Shown here: one piece after another, positions 1-10,825 of the stretch
Layout of the letters: each line of letters starts with the position of its first letter
Numbering within the stretch: position 1 is the stretch's first letter
NCBI GenBank assembly: GCA_964014485.1
Contig: CAXHAT010000054.1
Coordinates: 1 to 41,841 of the forward strand
Origin: an uncultured Deferribacteres bacterium
GTDB lineage: Bacteria; Zhuqueibacterota; Zhuqueibacteria; Zhuqueibacterales; Geothermadaptataceae
DNA length: 41,841 nucleotides
Direction: 5' to 3'
Made by a program: the position numbers and the translations under genes
Notes under the pieces: model-generated
What the model saw: only the letters and a program-made list of their open reading frames with translations
What the model was told of the DNA's origin: nothing
Databases searched by the model: none

Positions 1-2
1 GT

Positions 3-3000
3 TCAAGCGCCGGGGCGGCCTACATTTTCGAGCGCAGTCCCGGCGGCGTCTGGAGTGAAGACGCCAAAATCCAGGCCAGTGATAAAGAATCCGATGACGA
101 GTTCGGCTGGTCGGTCTCGATCAGCGGCGACCGCGCCATTGTCGGGGCGTATCGGGAAGACACGGGCGGCGGCAACGCCGGTGCGGCCTACGTTTTCGAG
201 ACGCCTGCAGGCCAGGCGCCGGAGATGAACGTCACCGGCGCCGGTGTTTCCATCGTCGACGGCGATATAACGCCCGCCTTTAACGATAATACGGATTTTG
301 GCTTCAGGAACATCGTCGGCGCCGCCCAGCAGCACATATTCGTCATTGAGAACACCGGCGACGGCGCTTTGAATTTGACCGGCGTCCCGAAAGTGCAAAT
401 CACCGGCGCCCATGCAGCTGATTTTTCGGTGATGTTGCAGCCTTCGAGTCCGGTGGCTGCGGGCGGCCAAACCACTTTCGAAGTGCGTTTCGATCCGAGC
501 GCGGTTGGCTTGCGCAGCGCGACCGTCAGCATCGCCAACGACGACGCGGATGAGAACCCGTATGACTTCGCCATTCAAGGCACGGGTACGGCGGCGGAAA
601 TGGACGTGTTGGGCAATAACGTTTCCATCGCTGACGGCGACGTGACGCCTTCCGCCGCCGATCACACCGACTTCGGTTCAACGGACGCTTCGAGCGGCAG
701 CGTCGACCGCGTCTTCACGATTACGAATAGCGGCGACGCGAACCTGACAATGATCAGCGGGACGACCGTGCAAATCAACGGCGCGCATGCGGCTGATTTT
801 TCGGTAACGGCGCAGCCTTCGGCTTTAGTAACGCCGGGCGGTCAAACCACGTTCACGGTTCACTTCGATCCGAGCGCGGTGGGTCTGCGCACAGCAACCG
901 TCAGCATCATCAACAACGATTCCGATGAAAACCCCTACGATTTCTCGATTCAGGGCACGGGAACCGGCGCGGCTGAGATGGACGTGTCGGGGAATTCGGT
1001 TTCCATCGCCGACGGTGACGCGACGCCTTCGTTGACCGATCACACCGACTTCGGTTCGGCGGACATTTCGAGCGGCAACATGGATCGCGTTTTCACCGTT
1101 GCCAATTCCGGCAACGTGAATTTGAATTTGACCGGCACGCCGAAAGTTGTCGTCGGCGGCGCAAACGCGGCGGATTTTTCGGTCACGGTTCAACCGTCGA
1201 GCCCGGTGGCGCCGAGCGGCAACACCACGTTCACGGTTCGCTTCGATCCCAGCGCGGTTGGACTGCGTTCAGCAACGCTCAGCATCGCCAACGACGACGC
1301 GGACGAAAATCCCTACGATTTCTCGATTCAAGGCACGGGAACCGGTGCGGCTGAGATGGACGTCACCGGCAACGCGGTTTCCATCGCTGACGGCGACGCG
1401 ACGCCTTCGTTGAGCGATCACACCGATTTCGGCTCGGCGGATATTTCCAGCGGCTCCGTTGACCGCGTTTTCACCGTTGCCAATCTGGGCAACACCAATC
1501 TGAATTTGACCGGCGCGCCGAAAGTCGTGGTCGGCGGCGCAAACGCGGCGGATTTTTCGGTCACGGTTCAACCGTCGAGCCCGGTGGCGCCGAGCGGCAA
1601 CACCACGTTCACGGTTCGCTTCGATCCCAGCGCGGTTGGACTGCGTTCAGCAACGCTCAGCATCGCCAACGACGACGCGGACGAAAATCCCTACGACTTC
1701 TCGATTCAGGGAACCGGAACCGGCGCGGCTGAGATGGACGTGTCGGGCAATGCCGTTTCCATCGCCGACGGCGACGGCACGCCTTCGTTGAGCGATCATA
1801 CTGATTTTGGCTCGGCGGACATCACCAGCGGCACGGTTGATCGTGTTTTCACCGTTGCCAATCTCGGCAACACCAATTTGAATCTCACCGGCACGCCGAA
1901 AGTCGTGGTCGGCGGCGCAAACGCGGCGGATTTTTCAGTCACGGTTCAGCCTTCGAGTCCGGTTGCGGCCAGCGGCAACACGACTTTCACCGTGCGTTTC
2001 GATCCCAGCGCGGTGGGACTTCGTTCAGCAACCTTCAGCATTGCCAACGACGACGCGGATGAAAATCCGTACGATTTCTCGATTCAAGGAACAGGAACCG
2101 GCGCGGCTGAGATGGACGTGTCGGGGAATTCGGTTTCCATCACTGACGGCGACGGGACGCCTTCGTTGACCGATCACACCGATTTCGGCTCGGCGGATAT
2201 ATCCAGCGGCGCCGTTGACCGGGTTTTCACCGTTTCCAATCTCGGCAATACCAGCCTGAATTTGACCGGCACGCCGAAAGTCGTGGTCGGCGGCACAAAC
2301 GCGGCGGATTTTTCAGTGACCGTTCAGCCGACGAGTCTGGTCGCGCCGAGCGGCAACACCACCTTCACCGTGCGTTTCGATCCCAGCGCGGTTGGCTTGC
2401 GCAGCGCAACCCTCAGCATCGCCAACGACGACGCGGATGAGAATCCCTACGATTTCTCGATTCAGGGCACGGGCACGGCTCCCGCCGCCACCGCTGACGT
2501 CAGCGGCGACGCTTCGATTTGCGACGGCGGCTCGACAACGATTCAAGCCGCACTCACCGGGACGGCGCCGTGGAATCTCACCTGGTCGGACGGCTTCGTG
2601 CAAAACGGTGTCACGACAAGTCCTGCCGCACGCACCGTCAGCCCGACAAGCACGACTGTTTATACCGTGACTTCTCTCAGCGACGCCAACGGTTCGGGAA
2701 CGTCCTCCGGCAGCGCGACGGTCACCGTCAATCCCAACCCCGTCGTGGCCGTTGCCGACGCTTTGACTTGCGCCGGCGGCAGTGCGACGATCTCGGCGGG
2801 CGTGACCAGCGGAACCGCGCCGTTCAGCTACGCCTGGACGGTTCCGGGCGGCGCTTCGAACCCCGGCAATGCGGCAAGCTTCAGCGCGACTGTTGCCGGA
2901 ACCTACTCCGTCGTCGTCACCGACATGCATGGCTGTACGGGCACGGACGCAGGAACTTTGAGCGTGAATGCCAATCCGGTCGTTACGGTTGCCGACGTAT

Positions 3001-4244
3001 CCGCCTGTTCCGGTAACAGCGCGACGATCTCGGCGGGCGTGACCGGCGGCGCCGCGCCTTTTAGCTACGCCTGGACGGTTCCCGGCGGCGCTTCAAATCC
3101 CGGCGACGTTGCCAGTTTTAGCGCAACTGTGGCCGGAAATTACGCCGTCGTCGTCACCGACGTTCACGGCTGCACCGGCGCCGGCAACGGTGATTTGACC
3201 GTTGATCCCGGCCCGACCGCTGACGCCGGGGCTGACGCGACCGTGCTTTCCGGCGCTTCCGCGATTATCGGCGGCGCTCCGACCGCTTCCGGCGGAACCG
3301 GCGTCTTGACCATCTCGTGGAGTCCTGCCGCGGGGCTGTATGACGATACGGCGGCCAATCCAACCGCCGCGCCGACCGCAACCACAACGTACACCGTGAC
3401 CGTCACCGACGAAAACGGCTGCGAGAGTTCGGACGACGTGGTTGTCACGGTAACAAGCTTCGCCGACTATATCGCCGCCCAGTGCGCCGCGATCCAGGCG
3501 ATGCTCGATGATCCCGGAACGCCCGAAGACGCGATTGAATTTCTGGAAGACGCGCAGGACGCCTGCGGCGACGCACAGCAAGCCGCGATTGACGACGACG
3601 TGGAAGAGTTGTTCGACCTCATGCGCGACGTCGCCGACGCTCTGGAGGAAGCGCGCGACGAAAACGCCGACACGGACGCGATTGCGAGCCAATTCGCTGA
3701 TTTGGCGAGACATATCGCCCTGGAGAAAAAAGACGAAGCCCTGGCCTGCGATCCGACGCCGTCCGGCAAAATGGCCGACGACATCGAAGACGGCGACAAT
3801 GATCTCGCCGACGGCGATGACGAGTACGACGACGGTTACTTCGGCGACGCGATCAAGGATTACAAGAAGGCGTGGGAAGACTACTGCGACGCGCTGGATC
3901 GCTGCGCTTCTCCGAAAGCGGCAGTCGTGAATCGTGAATCGGCAATCGAAAATACTCTGCCCGCCGAATTTGCTCTGCATCAGAACTACCCCAACCCCTT
4001 CAATCCGACGACGACGATTCAGTTTGATTTGATTGAAGCGGGGAATGTTGAACTGAGGATTTACAACGGCGTCGGGCAGTTGGTGCGCACGCTGGTTTCC
4101 GGCGACTACGCTCCCGGCGCGCACAAAGTCACCTGGGACGCGCGTGATAACGACGGCGTTAGAGTGGCCAGCGGACTTTATCTCTACACCATCAAAGCCG
4201 GTCAACAATTCACCGCACAGCGCAAATTGCTTCTGATGAAATAA
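3..4244 (+). CDS. Large secreted surface protein, 5'-truncated by the window edge: FG-GAP repeats, six choice-of-anchor D/ASPM-Hydin-like Ig repeats, two SprB/PKD-like repeats, an acidic helical domain and a C-terminal FlgD-Ig/T9SS-type sorting domain
   Basis: The frame is open from position 3 (SSAGAAYIFE...DEFGWSVSISGDRAIVGAYREDTGGGNAGAAYVFE = FG-GAP) into the 225..4244 ORF. Repeats read EMDVxGN...NDDADENPYDFSIQGTG. The C-terminus reads FALHQNYPNPFNPTTTIQF...WDARDNDG..VASGLYLY. Confidence 0.9.
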   Translation, partial: SSAGAAYIFERSPGGVWSEDAKIQASDKESDDEFGWSVSISGDRAIVGAYREDTGGGNAGAAYVFETPAGQAPEMNVTGAGVSIVDGDITPAFNDNTDFGFRNIVGAAQQHIFVIENTGDGALNLTGVPKVQITGAHAADFSVMLQPSSPVAAGGQTTFEVRFDPSAVGLRSATVSIANDDADENPYDFAIQGTGTAAEMDVLGNNVSIADGDVTPSAADHTDFGSTDASSGSVDRVFTITNSGDANLTMISGTTVQINGAHAADFSVTAQPSALVTPGGQTTFTVHFDPSAVGLRTATVSIINNDSDENPYDFSIQGTGTGAAEMDVSGNSVSIADGDATPSLTDHTDFGSADISSGNMDRVFTVANSGNVNLNLTGTPKVVVGGANAADFSVTVQPSSPVAPSGNTTFTVRFDPSAVGLRSATLSIANDDADENPYDFSIQGTGTGAAEMDVTGNAVSIADGDATPSLSDHTDFGSADISSGSVDRVFTVANLGNTNLNLTGAPKVVVGGANAADFSVTVQPSSPVAPSGNTTFTVRFDPSAVGLRSATLSIANDDADENPYDFSIQGTGTGAAEMDVSGNAVSIADGDGTPSLSDHTDFGSADITSGTVDRVFTVANLGNTNLNLTGTPKVVVGGANAADFSVTVQPSSPVAASGNTTFTVRFDPSAVGLRSATFSIANDDADENPYDFSIQGTGTGAAEMDVSGNSVSITDGDGTPSLTDHTDFGSADISSGAVDRVFTVSNLGNTSLNLTGTPKVVVGGTNAADFSVTVQPTSLVAPSGNTTFTVRFDPSAVGLRSATLSIANDDADENPYDFSIQGTGTAPAATADVSGDASICDGGSTTIQAALTGTAPWNLTWSDGFVQNGVTTSPAARTVSPTSTTVYTVTSLSDANGSGTSSGSATVTVNPNPVVAVADALTCAGGSATISAGVTSGTAPFSYAWTVPGGASNPGNAASFSATVAGTYSVVVTDMHGCTGTDAGTLSVNANPVVTVADVSACSGNSATISAGVTGGAAPFSYAWTVPGGASNPGDVASFSATVAGNYAVVVTDVHGCTGAGNGDLTVDPGPTADAGADATVLSGASAIIGGAPTASGGTGVLTISWSPAAGLYDDTAANPTAAPTATTTYTVTVTDENGCESSDDVVVTVTSFADYIAAQCAAIQAMLDDPGTPEDAIEFLEDAQDACGDAQQAAIDDDVEELFDLMRDVADALEEARDENADTDAIASQFADLARHIALEKKDEALACDPTPSGKMADDIEDGDNDLADGDDEYDDGYFGDAIKDYKKAWEDYCDALDRCASPKAAVVNRESAIENTLPAEFALHQNYPNPFNPTTTIQFDLIEAGNVELRIYNGVGQLVRTLVSGDYAPGAHKVTWDARDNDGVRVASGLYLYTIKAGQQFTAQRKLLLMK
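225..2480 (+). repeat. Six tandem intragenic ~378-bp (126 aa) Ig-like repeats
   Basis: Repeat Met codons lie at 225, 600, 978, 1356, 1734 and 2112 (spacing 375, then 378 four times). Positions 1152-1318 are identical to 1530-1696. Confidence 0.95.
2727..3200 (+). repeat. Two tandem 237-bp (79 aa) SprB/PKD-like repeats
   Basis: ATISAGVTxGxAPFSYAWTVPGGASNPG..ASFSATVAG.Y.VVVTD.HGCTG occurs twice; gcgacgatctcggcgggcgtgacc lies at 2784 and 3021. Confidence 0.85.
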
Positions 4245-4294
4245 GCGCGAAGTACAGATGAATCGGCTTGAAGCATTGCTTCTTGCGGAAAACG

Positions 4295-4326
4295 AAAAGG
4301 CGGCCCTGTTCATGGAGTCGCCTTTT
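4295..4326. terminator. Probable bidirectional intrinsic terminator between convergent genes
   Basis: aaaaggcg...cgcctttt hairpin with A and T tracts on either side. Confidence 0.7.
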
Positions 4327-4366
4327 ATATTTTTTCGATGAGATTGAAAACGTCGAGCAGAAAATA

Positions 4367-5695
4367 TCAAGTACGAGCTTGGACTTTTACGGTGGTGAAG
4401 GGAGTGAACCAAGCCATAACCACTGCTCCGAGCAAACAGACCGCGCCCGCGATTATAAAAGGAGCCATCCAGATAATCGGCCCAGTGGCGTCAACTGCCG
4501 CGTCCTTAAAAAGCCCGGCCAACTGTGGCCCCAAGATTCCCGCAATTCCATAGGCCGTAAACACCCAGCCGTAATTGGAGCCAACGTTCTTATTGCCAAA
4601 AATGTCCGCCGTGGCCGCGGGAAACAAGGAGAAGTTACCGCCAAAATTGAACCCGAGAAGGCAGGCCCCAATAATGAATCCTATGCTTGAACCCAAGATG
4701 ATAAAACCATGGTAAAAAGACAGCACCACCATCCCTTGAAACACCGTCATAAAGATTATTGCATTTTTCCGACCGATCTTATCGGATATCGTACCCCATA
4801 CAATTCTTCCTAAACCGTTAAAAATCGCGTACCATGCCATAGCTGTCCCGGAAATGGCGGCCGCGCCGGCGACGCCGTTATATTCCAGTGCGTCCACGCC
4901 GAATAGTCTGATGCAGTAAATAACCATTAACCCGGCAAGCGAGGAAAAAATAAAAACCGCCCATAAGGAATAGAACTGTCGGCTCCGCAGCATTTCCTTG
5001 GGCTGATAATTCACGCTGCCCGCTGAATTCGCAGTGTTTGGATCAGGCGGCGTCCAACCTTCAGGAACATAATCCTTCGGGGGATTCACCATAACCAGGC
5101 TTCCGACGAGCACAAGGGACGCAAACACGACCCCATAGATGAAATACACGCTTTGCACGCCGGGGAGACCAAAAACATGGGTGGTATGGAGTAATCCTCC
5201 AAACCACGATCCAGCCAGTTTTACCCATATGGTGGCTCCGAATCCGAAACCCGCTACAGCCAGGCCGGTAATCATCCCCTTTTTATCAGGAAACCACTTG
5301 ACGCCCACTGCAATAGGCACGACGTAAGCCAGTCCAATCCCAGCTCCTCCCATAATTCCTATGAAAAAAAACTGAGCCCAAAAATGACTTCCAAAAAGAC
5401 CTCCCAAAACGTACCCCGCTCCCAGAACAATACCGCCAAGCGAGGATATCGCAAATGGACCTGCCTTAGTCTGCCATTTACCAGTCAGCGCCATAACAAC
5501 CGCGAAAGTGGCAAGCCCGGCGGAAAATATCCACGCTGTCTGTGTAGCTGAAAATGCATAAATTCCATCGGGGTTGGTCAACAACTTTGTAAAAACCGAC
5601 CAAGCGTAGATGGCGCCGAGAGCCAATTGAATCATGATGGCGCCAACTACCACAAACCATCTATTGAAGCGTTTACTTTTGGCAAGGTTATACAT
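4367..5695 (-). CDS. OFA (oxalate/formate antiporter)-family MFS transporter, monocarboxylate-type
   Basis: 442 aa with about 12 hydrophobic segments. Motifs NRWFVVVGAIMIQLALGAIYAWSVF, GIGLAYVVPIAVGVKWFPDKKGMITGLAVAGFGFG, NGLGRIVWGTISDKIGR and FGNKNVGSNYG. Confidence 0.9.
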   Translation of the reverse strand: MYNLAKSKRFNRWFVVVGAIMIQLALGAIYAWSVFTKLLTNPDGIYAFSATQTAWIFSAGLATFAVVMALTGKWQTKAGPFAISSLGGIVLGAGYVLGGLFGSHFWAQFFFIGIMGGAGIGLAYVVPIAVGVKWFPDKKGMITGLAVAGFGFGATIWVKLAGSWFGGLLHTTHVFGLPGVQSVYFIYGVVFASLVLVGSLVMVNPPKDYVPEGWTPPDPNTANSAGSVNYQPKEMLRSRQFYSLWAVFIFSSLAGLMVIYCIRLFGVDALEYNGVAGAAAISGTAMAWYAIFNGLGRIVWGTISDKIGRKNAIIFMTVFQGMVVLSFYHGFIILGSSIGFIIGACLLGFNFGGNFSLFPAATADIFGNKNVGSNYGWVFTAYGIAGILGPQLAGLFKDAAVDATGPIIWMAPFIIAGAVCLLGAVVMAWFTPFTTVKVQART

Positions 5696-5848
5696 AACCG
5701 CTCTTTCCTTGTGTTAGATATCGCATAGTATCAGCCTATTGACAGTTCGTCTCCGCCGCCCCCATTATGCTCGATGAGTTCAGGCTGCCAAGGGAGAATC
5801 TAGCTATTCTTGCTTTTTGTAATTGTCCGGCCAATTGGGTATTCGGAA

Positions 5849-5864
5849 AGCAAGAATGACGCCG
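5849..5864 (-). promoter_or_regulatory. Possible sigma54 (-24/-12) promoter for the MFS gene
   Basis: The minus strand reads CGGCGT-CATTC-TTGCT (GG-N10-GC), about 155 bp upstream of the start. Confidence 0.3.
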
Positions 5865-5942
5865 CAAGCATCCAATTATCCCCGTTTGCCCTGAACAGAC
5901 TTAGAACAAGCGCCTGTTCCGGTCCCGATATATCGAACACAG

Positions 5943-6071
5943 GGCGCATGACAAATTGCACACAATGTACGGAGTTCACGCTTTAGCGTGCTTTTCAGCG
6001 CCTAAAAGCACGCTAAAGCGTGAACTCCATACTTGAGCCATTCAGTCCATTTGTGCAATTTGTCATGCGCC
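5943..6071. mobile_element. MITE/REPIN-like element with 20-bp perfect terminal inverted repeats enclosing a 25-bp perfect inverted repeat
   Basis: ggcgcatgacaaattgcaca at 5943-5962 pairs with 6052-6071; ggagttcacgctttagcgtgctttt at 5971-5995 pairs with 6004-6028. Confidence 0.7.
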
Positions 6072-6297
6072 ATCGAGCACATCAACTAACATCCTGTTTT
6101 GTCATGACTTATTTATCTTTTTCAGCAACTATTCACGTCGCCCTTGATGTCATGCTCTTGAGCATCTTCCCAATCGCAAACTCTGAACGTTCTCGATCAT
6201 TCTGTGCCTGACGATGGGGAAGATTTCTGAAGGAATGACAGACATGGTGAATAGTATTACAACGTTAAATCTGCGGGATCGCGTAAGAAAAGTGTCG

Positions 6298-6431
6298 TTC
6301 TCGTTCCAATGCTTCGCGTTGGAATGCAGCCCCGGCGCGTCGCGCCAATTCATTCAGGTTCAAAATTGTGCGGACGGAACCGGCGCGAAGCGCCGCAAGC
6401 TGCATGACCACGCGAAGCATGGTCACGAGAA
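6298..6431. repeat. REP-doublet-like inverted repeat element
   Basis: Arms 6300-6330 and 6399-6429 are inverted copies (25/31 identical) and each folds into its own hairpin; inner ggcgcg..cgcc palindromes are also present. Confidence 0.7.
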
Positions 6432-6710
6432 TGTTGGACTTAACGTTGTAATAATAGTTACTTTTTTTAAATCGAGTCTGCACAAATAACATAACGGCGT
6501 TCTGAGCGCCGGAAACGAGAAAGTTCCCACGCGCTCCTGCCGACAAAAAACGAAAGCGGTTCTCGACCTTGAGAAAGCGCGCAAAAACCAGGATTTCCTA
6601 CTTTCAAAAATCTCGAAAGCATTGATGTCAAAATTGGGAATTTGCGCAGGAAGGAAGTTCTTGTCCGTGAGGATTTTCAGGCTGTTTTAGCGCCTGTTGT
6701 ATCACTGGAA

Positions 6711-6726
6711 TGGCGCATGATTTGCC
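6711..6726 (+). promoter_or_regulatory. Sigma54-type promoter for the porin-tpl operon
   Basis: TGGCGC-ATGAT-TTGC matches TGGCAC-N5-TTGC, about 50 bp upstream of ATG 6775; RBS aaggag at 6761. Confidence 0.55.
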
Positions 6727-6774
6727 ATAGCCCATTGATGTAACTGTCGAACGAGTCGAGAAGGAGTAGTTCAG

Positions 6775-7947
6775 ATGCGAAAGATTCTTATTTGCGCCAC
6801 ACTGATGTTGGCGGTGTATGGAACGACGATTCATGGTCAAGAGACGCGACAGGGTATCGCTTTCTCCGGATATGTGAAAATGGACGCCTTCTTCGATTCG
6901 CGGCAGAACGTTGCCGCACGCGAAGGGCATTTCCTGCTTTATCCCACGCCGACGTCATTCAACGATAGCGGCGAAGACGTCAATGCAACGCCCAACTTCA
7001 ATATTCTGGCCCTGCAAACACGCTTGAAAGGTACAATCACTGCGCCGGAAGCCTTCGGCGCCAAAACCGCGGGCGTCATTGAAGGGGCCTTCTTCGGCCA
7101 TACCAACGCAGACATCAACGGATTTCGTTTGCGCCACGCGTTTGCCAAATTGGATTGGCAAAAGACCAGTTTACTCTTGGGGCAATATTGGCACCCGCTC
7201 TTTGTAACAGCGGTTTTTCCGGGCGTTATTTCGTTCAACACAGGCGCACCGTTCCAGCCGTTTGCCAGAAATCCGCAGATCAGACTGACTCGCTCGCTGG
7301 GTTTCGGGACTTCTCTCATGCTGGCCGCATTGTCACAACGAGATTTTGCCAGCCCGGGGGGGAGCAGTTCTTTGCGCAATTCAGGCATCCCCGCCATGCA
7401 TGCCCAGGTGCAAGTGCGGCGTGCGGGAAACATATTTGGCGGCGGGGTCGACTTTAAGTCCCTGCGCCCCTCCCTCGAAAGTCACGAACAAGTTCAGGGG
7501 ATATCCTTGATTGGCTACACAAAACTCTCTCTGGGAAAAATCACTCTTAAACTGGAAGGTGTGCATGGCAAGAATCTTTTTGACGCACTGATGCTCGGCG
7601 GCTATGCTCCCCGCGCAGACAGCAGCTACGCGACGCTTTCCAATCGCTCCATTTGGGGCGAGATTATGGCTGGGGAAAGGACCCAAATCGGCGTTTTTGC
7701 GGGATATACCAAGAGTAGCGGCTGCGGGACAGAGATCACGGATTCAGAGTGTATTCGCGGTCAAGACATCGATTCCGTGCTTAGAATTTCTCCCAGAGTG
7801 GTCTGGAATTCAGGGAAAATGCGTTTCGCTGTCGAGACTGAGTATACCGTGGCGGCCTACGGCCGGGCAAATGCCAAATTGGAGGTCGAAAACCCGTCGT
7901 CCGTTTCAAATCTCCGGATATTGTTTGCATCGTACCTGTTCTTTTGA
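6775..7947 (+). CDS. Outer-membrane beta-barrel porin (DcaP-like)
   Basis: Signal peptide; FSGYVKMDAFFDSRQ, FRLRHAFAKLDW..LLGQYW and RNPQIR motifs; C-terminal aromatic residues (SYLFF). Confidence 0.75.
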   Translation: MRKILICATLMLAVYGTTIHGQETRQGIAFSGYVKMDAFFDSRQNVAAREGHFLLYPTPTSFNDSGEDVNATPNFNILALQTRLKGTITAPEAFGAKTAGVIEGAFFGHTNADINGFRLRHAFAKLDWQKTSLLLGQYWHPLFVTAVFPGVISFNTGAPFQPFARNPQIRLTRSLGFGTSLMLAALSQRDFASPGGSSSLRNSGIPAMHAQVQVRRAGNIFGGGVDFKSLRPSLESHEQVQGISLIGYTKLSLGKITLKLEGVHGKNLFDALMLGGYAPRADSSYATLSNRSIWGEIMAGERTQIGVFAGYTKSSGCGTEITDSECIRGQDIDSVLRISPRVVWNSGKMRFAVETEYTVAAYGRANAKLEVENPSSVSNLRILFASYLFF

Positions 7948-7991
7948 CCGGTTCAAATTTCTCCGTCAAATCTACATTAGATACAATTTGA

Positions 7992-9416
<1,425 letters not shown>

Positions 9417-9472
9417 AGAAGGCATGATTCTGCTTTACAAACACCGCATTTCGTTTCCATTTTACCTCATAG

Positions 9473-9607
9473 GTTTCTGGCGCTTACGCCCCCGGCGCGC
9501 ATAAAGTCATTTGGGACGCGCGTGATAACTCCGGCGCCCGCGTGGCCAGCGGACTTTATCTCTACACGATCAAAGTCGGGCAGCAATTGACCGCGCAGAA
9601 GAAATTG
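9473..9607 (+). pseudogene. Orphan 3' fragment of a FlgD-Ig/T9SS sorting-domain gene, paralogous to 4095-4229
   Basis: Translates VSGAYAPGAHKVIWDARDNSGARVASGLYLYTIKVGQQLTAQKKL versus VSGDYAPGAHKVTWDARDNDGVRVASGLYLYTIKAGQQFTAQRKL; 113/135 nt identical by hand count; an in-frame TAG lies immediately upstream. Confidence 0.85.
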
Positions 9608-9627
9608 TTTATGAATAGGGCAATATG

Positions 9628-9655
9628 GTAGAGCCGCGATGCATCGCGGCTCTGC
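9628..9655. repeat. GTAG-type REP palindrome
   Basis: gtagagccgcgatgcatcgcggctctgc; perfect 24-bp palindrome at 9630-9653 within a sequence starting GTAG. Confidence 0.7.
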
Positions 9656-9722
9656 AACCGTGTGCGAAGAGTAACCTCACATCTGGAGGCCATCTGGCCG
9701 GATTGGAAATAGACGCCCGATG

Positions 9723-9755
9723 ACGCTCCAGACGCATTTTAAAGGTCTGGAGCGT
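9723..9755. terminator. Hairpin between convergent tpl and sbnB, possible terminator
   Basis: acgctccagac / gtctggagcgt 11-bp inverted repeat. Confidence 0.4.
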
Positions 9756-9811
9756 TTGTCATTGAGCAGTCCGCATTTTAGGGGATCGGGGAAGCTTGAG
9801 AATTGCTCGTC

Positions 9812-10825
9812 TCAAGACAAGGCGAGGAAATCTTCGATCACAGTGCCAATGCCGTTTTTCGCGGCGAAATCGCTGACGAAATGCGCGACGGCCATATCCA
9901 GCACGCCAAGCCCGAACGGAGAAAAAATAGCGACGCGATCATCGTCTGTCCTCGCTGGAATCGCGCCTTCGAGAATATCGGCCAACGAGCCTCGGACGAA
10001 GTCAGCGTTGCCCGACTTGAGCGAAGCCAAATGGATCGATGTTCTTTCACGATTGACGTGATCCAGATCGTCCACGAGATTGTCGCTGGCCAAAATGACT
10101 TCAGGGGTAAAGTCACGCAGCGAAACGTGCAGGATCGTAGATTTCGGTTCACACGGCGAAAGATCGGAAATGTGCGGTTCAATGGCGGAAGTGGCGATAG
10201 AAGTCAGGGAGCTGTAGGCGAGCAAATCGCTTGCGCTTGTTACAACGTCGACCGCCAGATTTTCATGAGCTTGTTCGCAGCGCGCCTTGAATTCTTCGGA
10301 GCGGTTGACGTCCGTATCAAAAACGGCGATGCTGGACAATTCCGGGAATTTCACCCGCAGAAACCGCAAAATCTGAAAATTGATCAACCCTGTGCCGATA
10401 AAACCGGCCCGTTCCGTGCGCTTGCCGTCCTGCAAAACGTAGCCCGCCAAAGCGGCGCTTGCCGCCGTGCGTACGGCGCTGACGATTGAGCCTTCCATGA
10501 CAATTTTGGGTCGACCGGTTTCGCTCGAGTTGAGGATAATTACAGCCGACGCGCGGGGCAGGCCTTGATTCAAGTTTTCCGGGAAAGAAGCGACCCACTT
10601 CATTCCGGTCGCTTGGAAATCCCCGCCCAGGTACGCAGGCAAAGTGATGATGCGGTTGCGCGCACTGTTCGGAAATCTTAAAAAAAGCGAATGCGGGCAG
10701 GAACTGTCGCCCTTGCCGTGAAATCTATACGCCATGCCGACCTGGTCAACAACTTCACTTTCCCGCCCATTTAAAATACGATTGATTTCTCCCCCTTTGA
10801 GAATCAGGATACTGTTTTCAGACAT
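9812..10825 (-). CDS. sbnB: 2,3-diaminopropionate biosynthesis protein SbnB (ornithine cyclodeaminase family)
   Basis: PHSLFLRFP...RIITLPAYLGG, GMKWVASFPEN...PRASAVIILN, SAVRTAASA, FIGTGLIN, LHVSLRD and FSPFGLGVLD; directly downstream of sbnA. Confidence 0.9.
   Translation of the reverse strand: MSENSILILKGGEINRILNGRESEVVDQVGMAYRFHGKGDSSCPHSLFLRFPNSARNRIITLPAYLGGDFQATGMKWVASFPENLNQGLPRASAVIILNSSETGRPKIVMEGSIVSAVRTAASAALAGYVLQDGKRTERAGFIGTGLINFQILRFLRVKFPELSSIAVFDTDVNRSEEFKARCEQAHENLAVDVVTSASDLLAYSSLTSIATSAIEPHISDLSPCEPKSTILHVSLRDFTPEVILASDNLVDDLDHVNRERTSIHLASLKSGNADFVRGSLADILEGAIPARTDDDRVAIFSPFGLGVLDMAVAHFVSDFAAKNGIGTVIEDFLALS

Noticed and set aside
3093..4412. 439-aa minus-strand ORF (and similar long ORFs at 3..665, 12686..13543, 28740..29735, 30741..31499, 36426..37163 and 37263..37985)
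   Set aside because: These are antisense shadows of well-supported GC-biased genes and have no recognisable motifs.
6447..6464. TyrR box upstream of porin-tpl
   Set aside because: tgtaataatagttact has the wrong spacing and sequence for TGTAAA-N6-TTTACA.
6020..6930. Short ORFs in the MFS-porin intergenic region
   Set aside because: They run through palindromic repeat elements or overlap the porin, lack an RBS and have no protein-like features.
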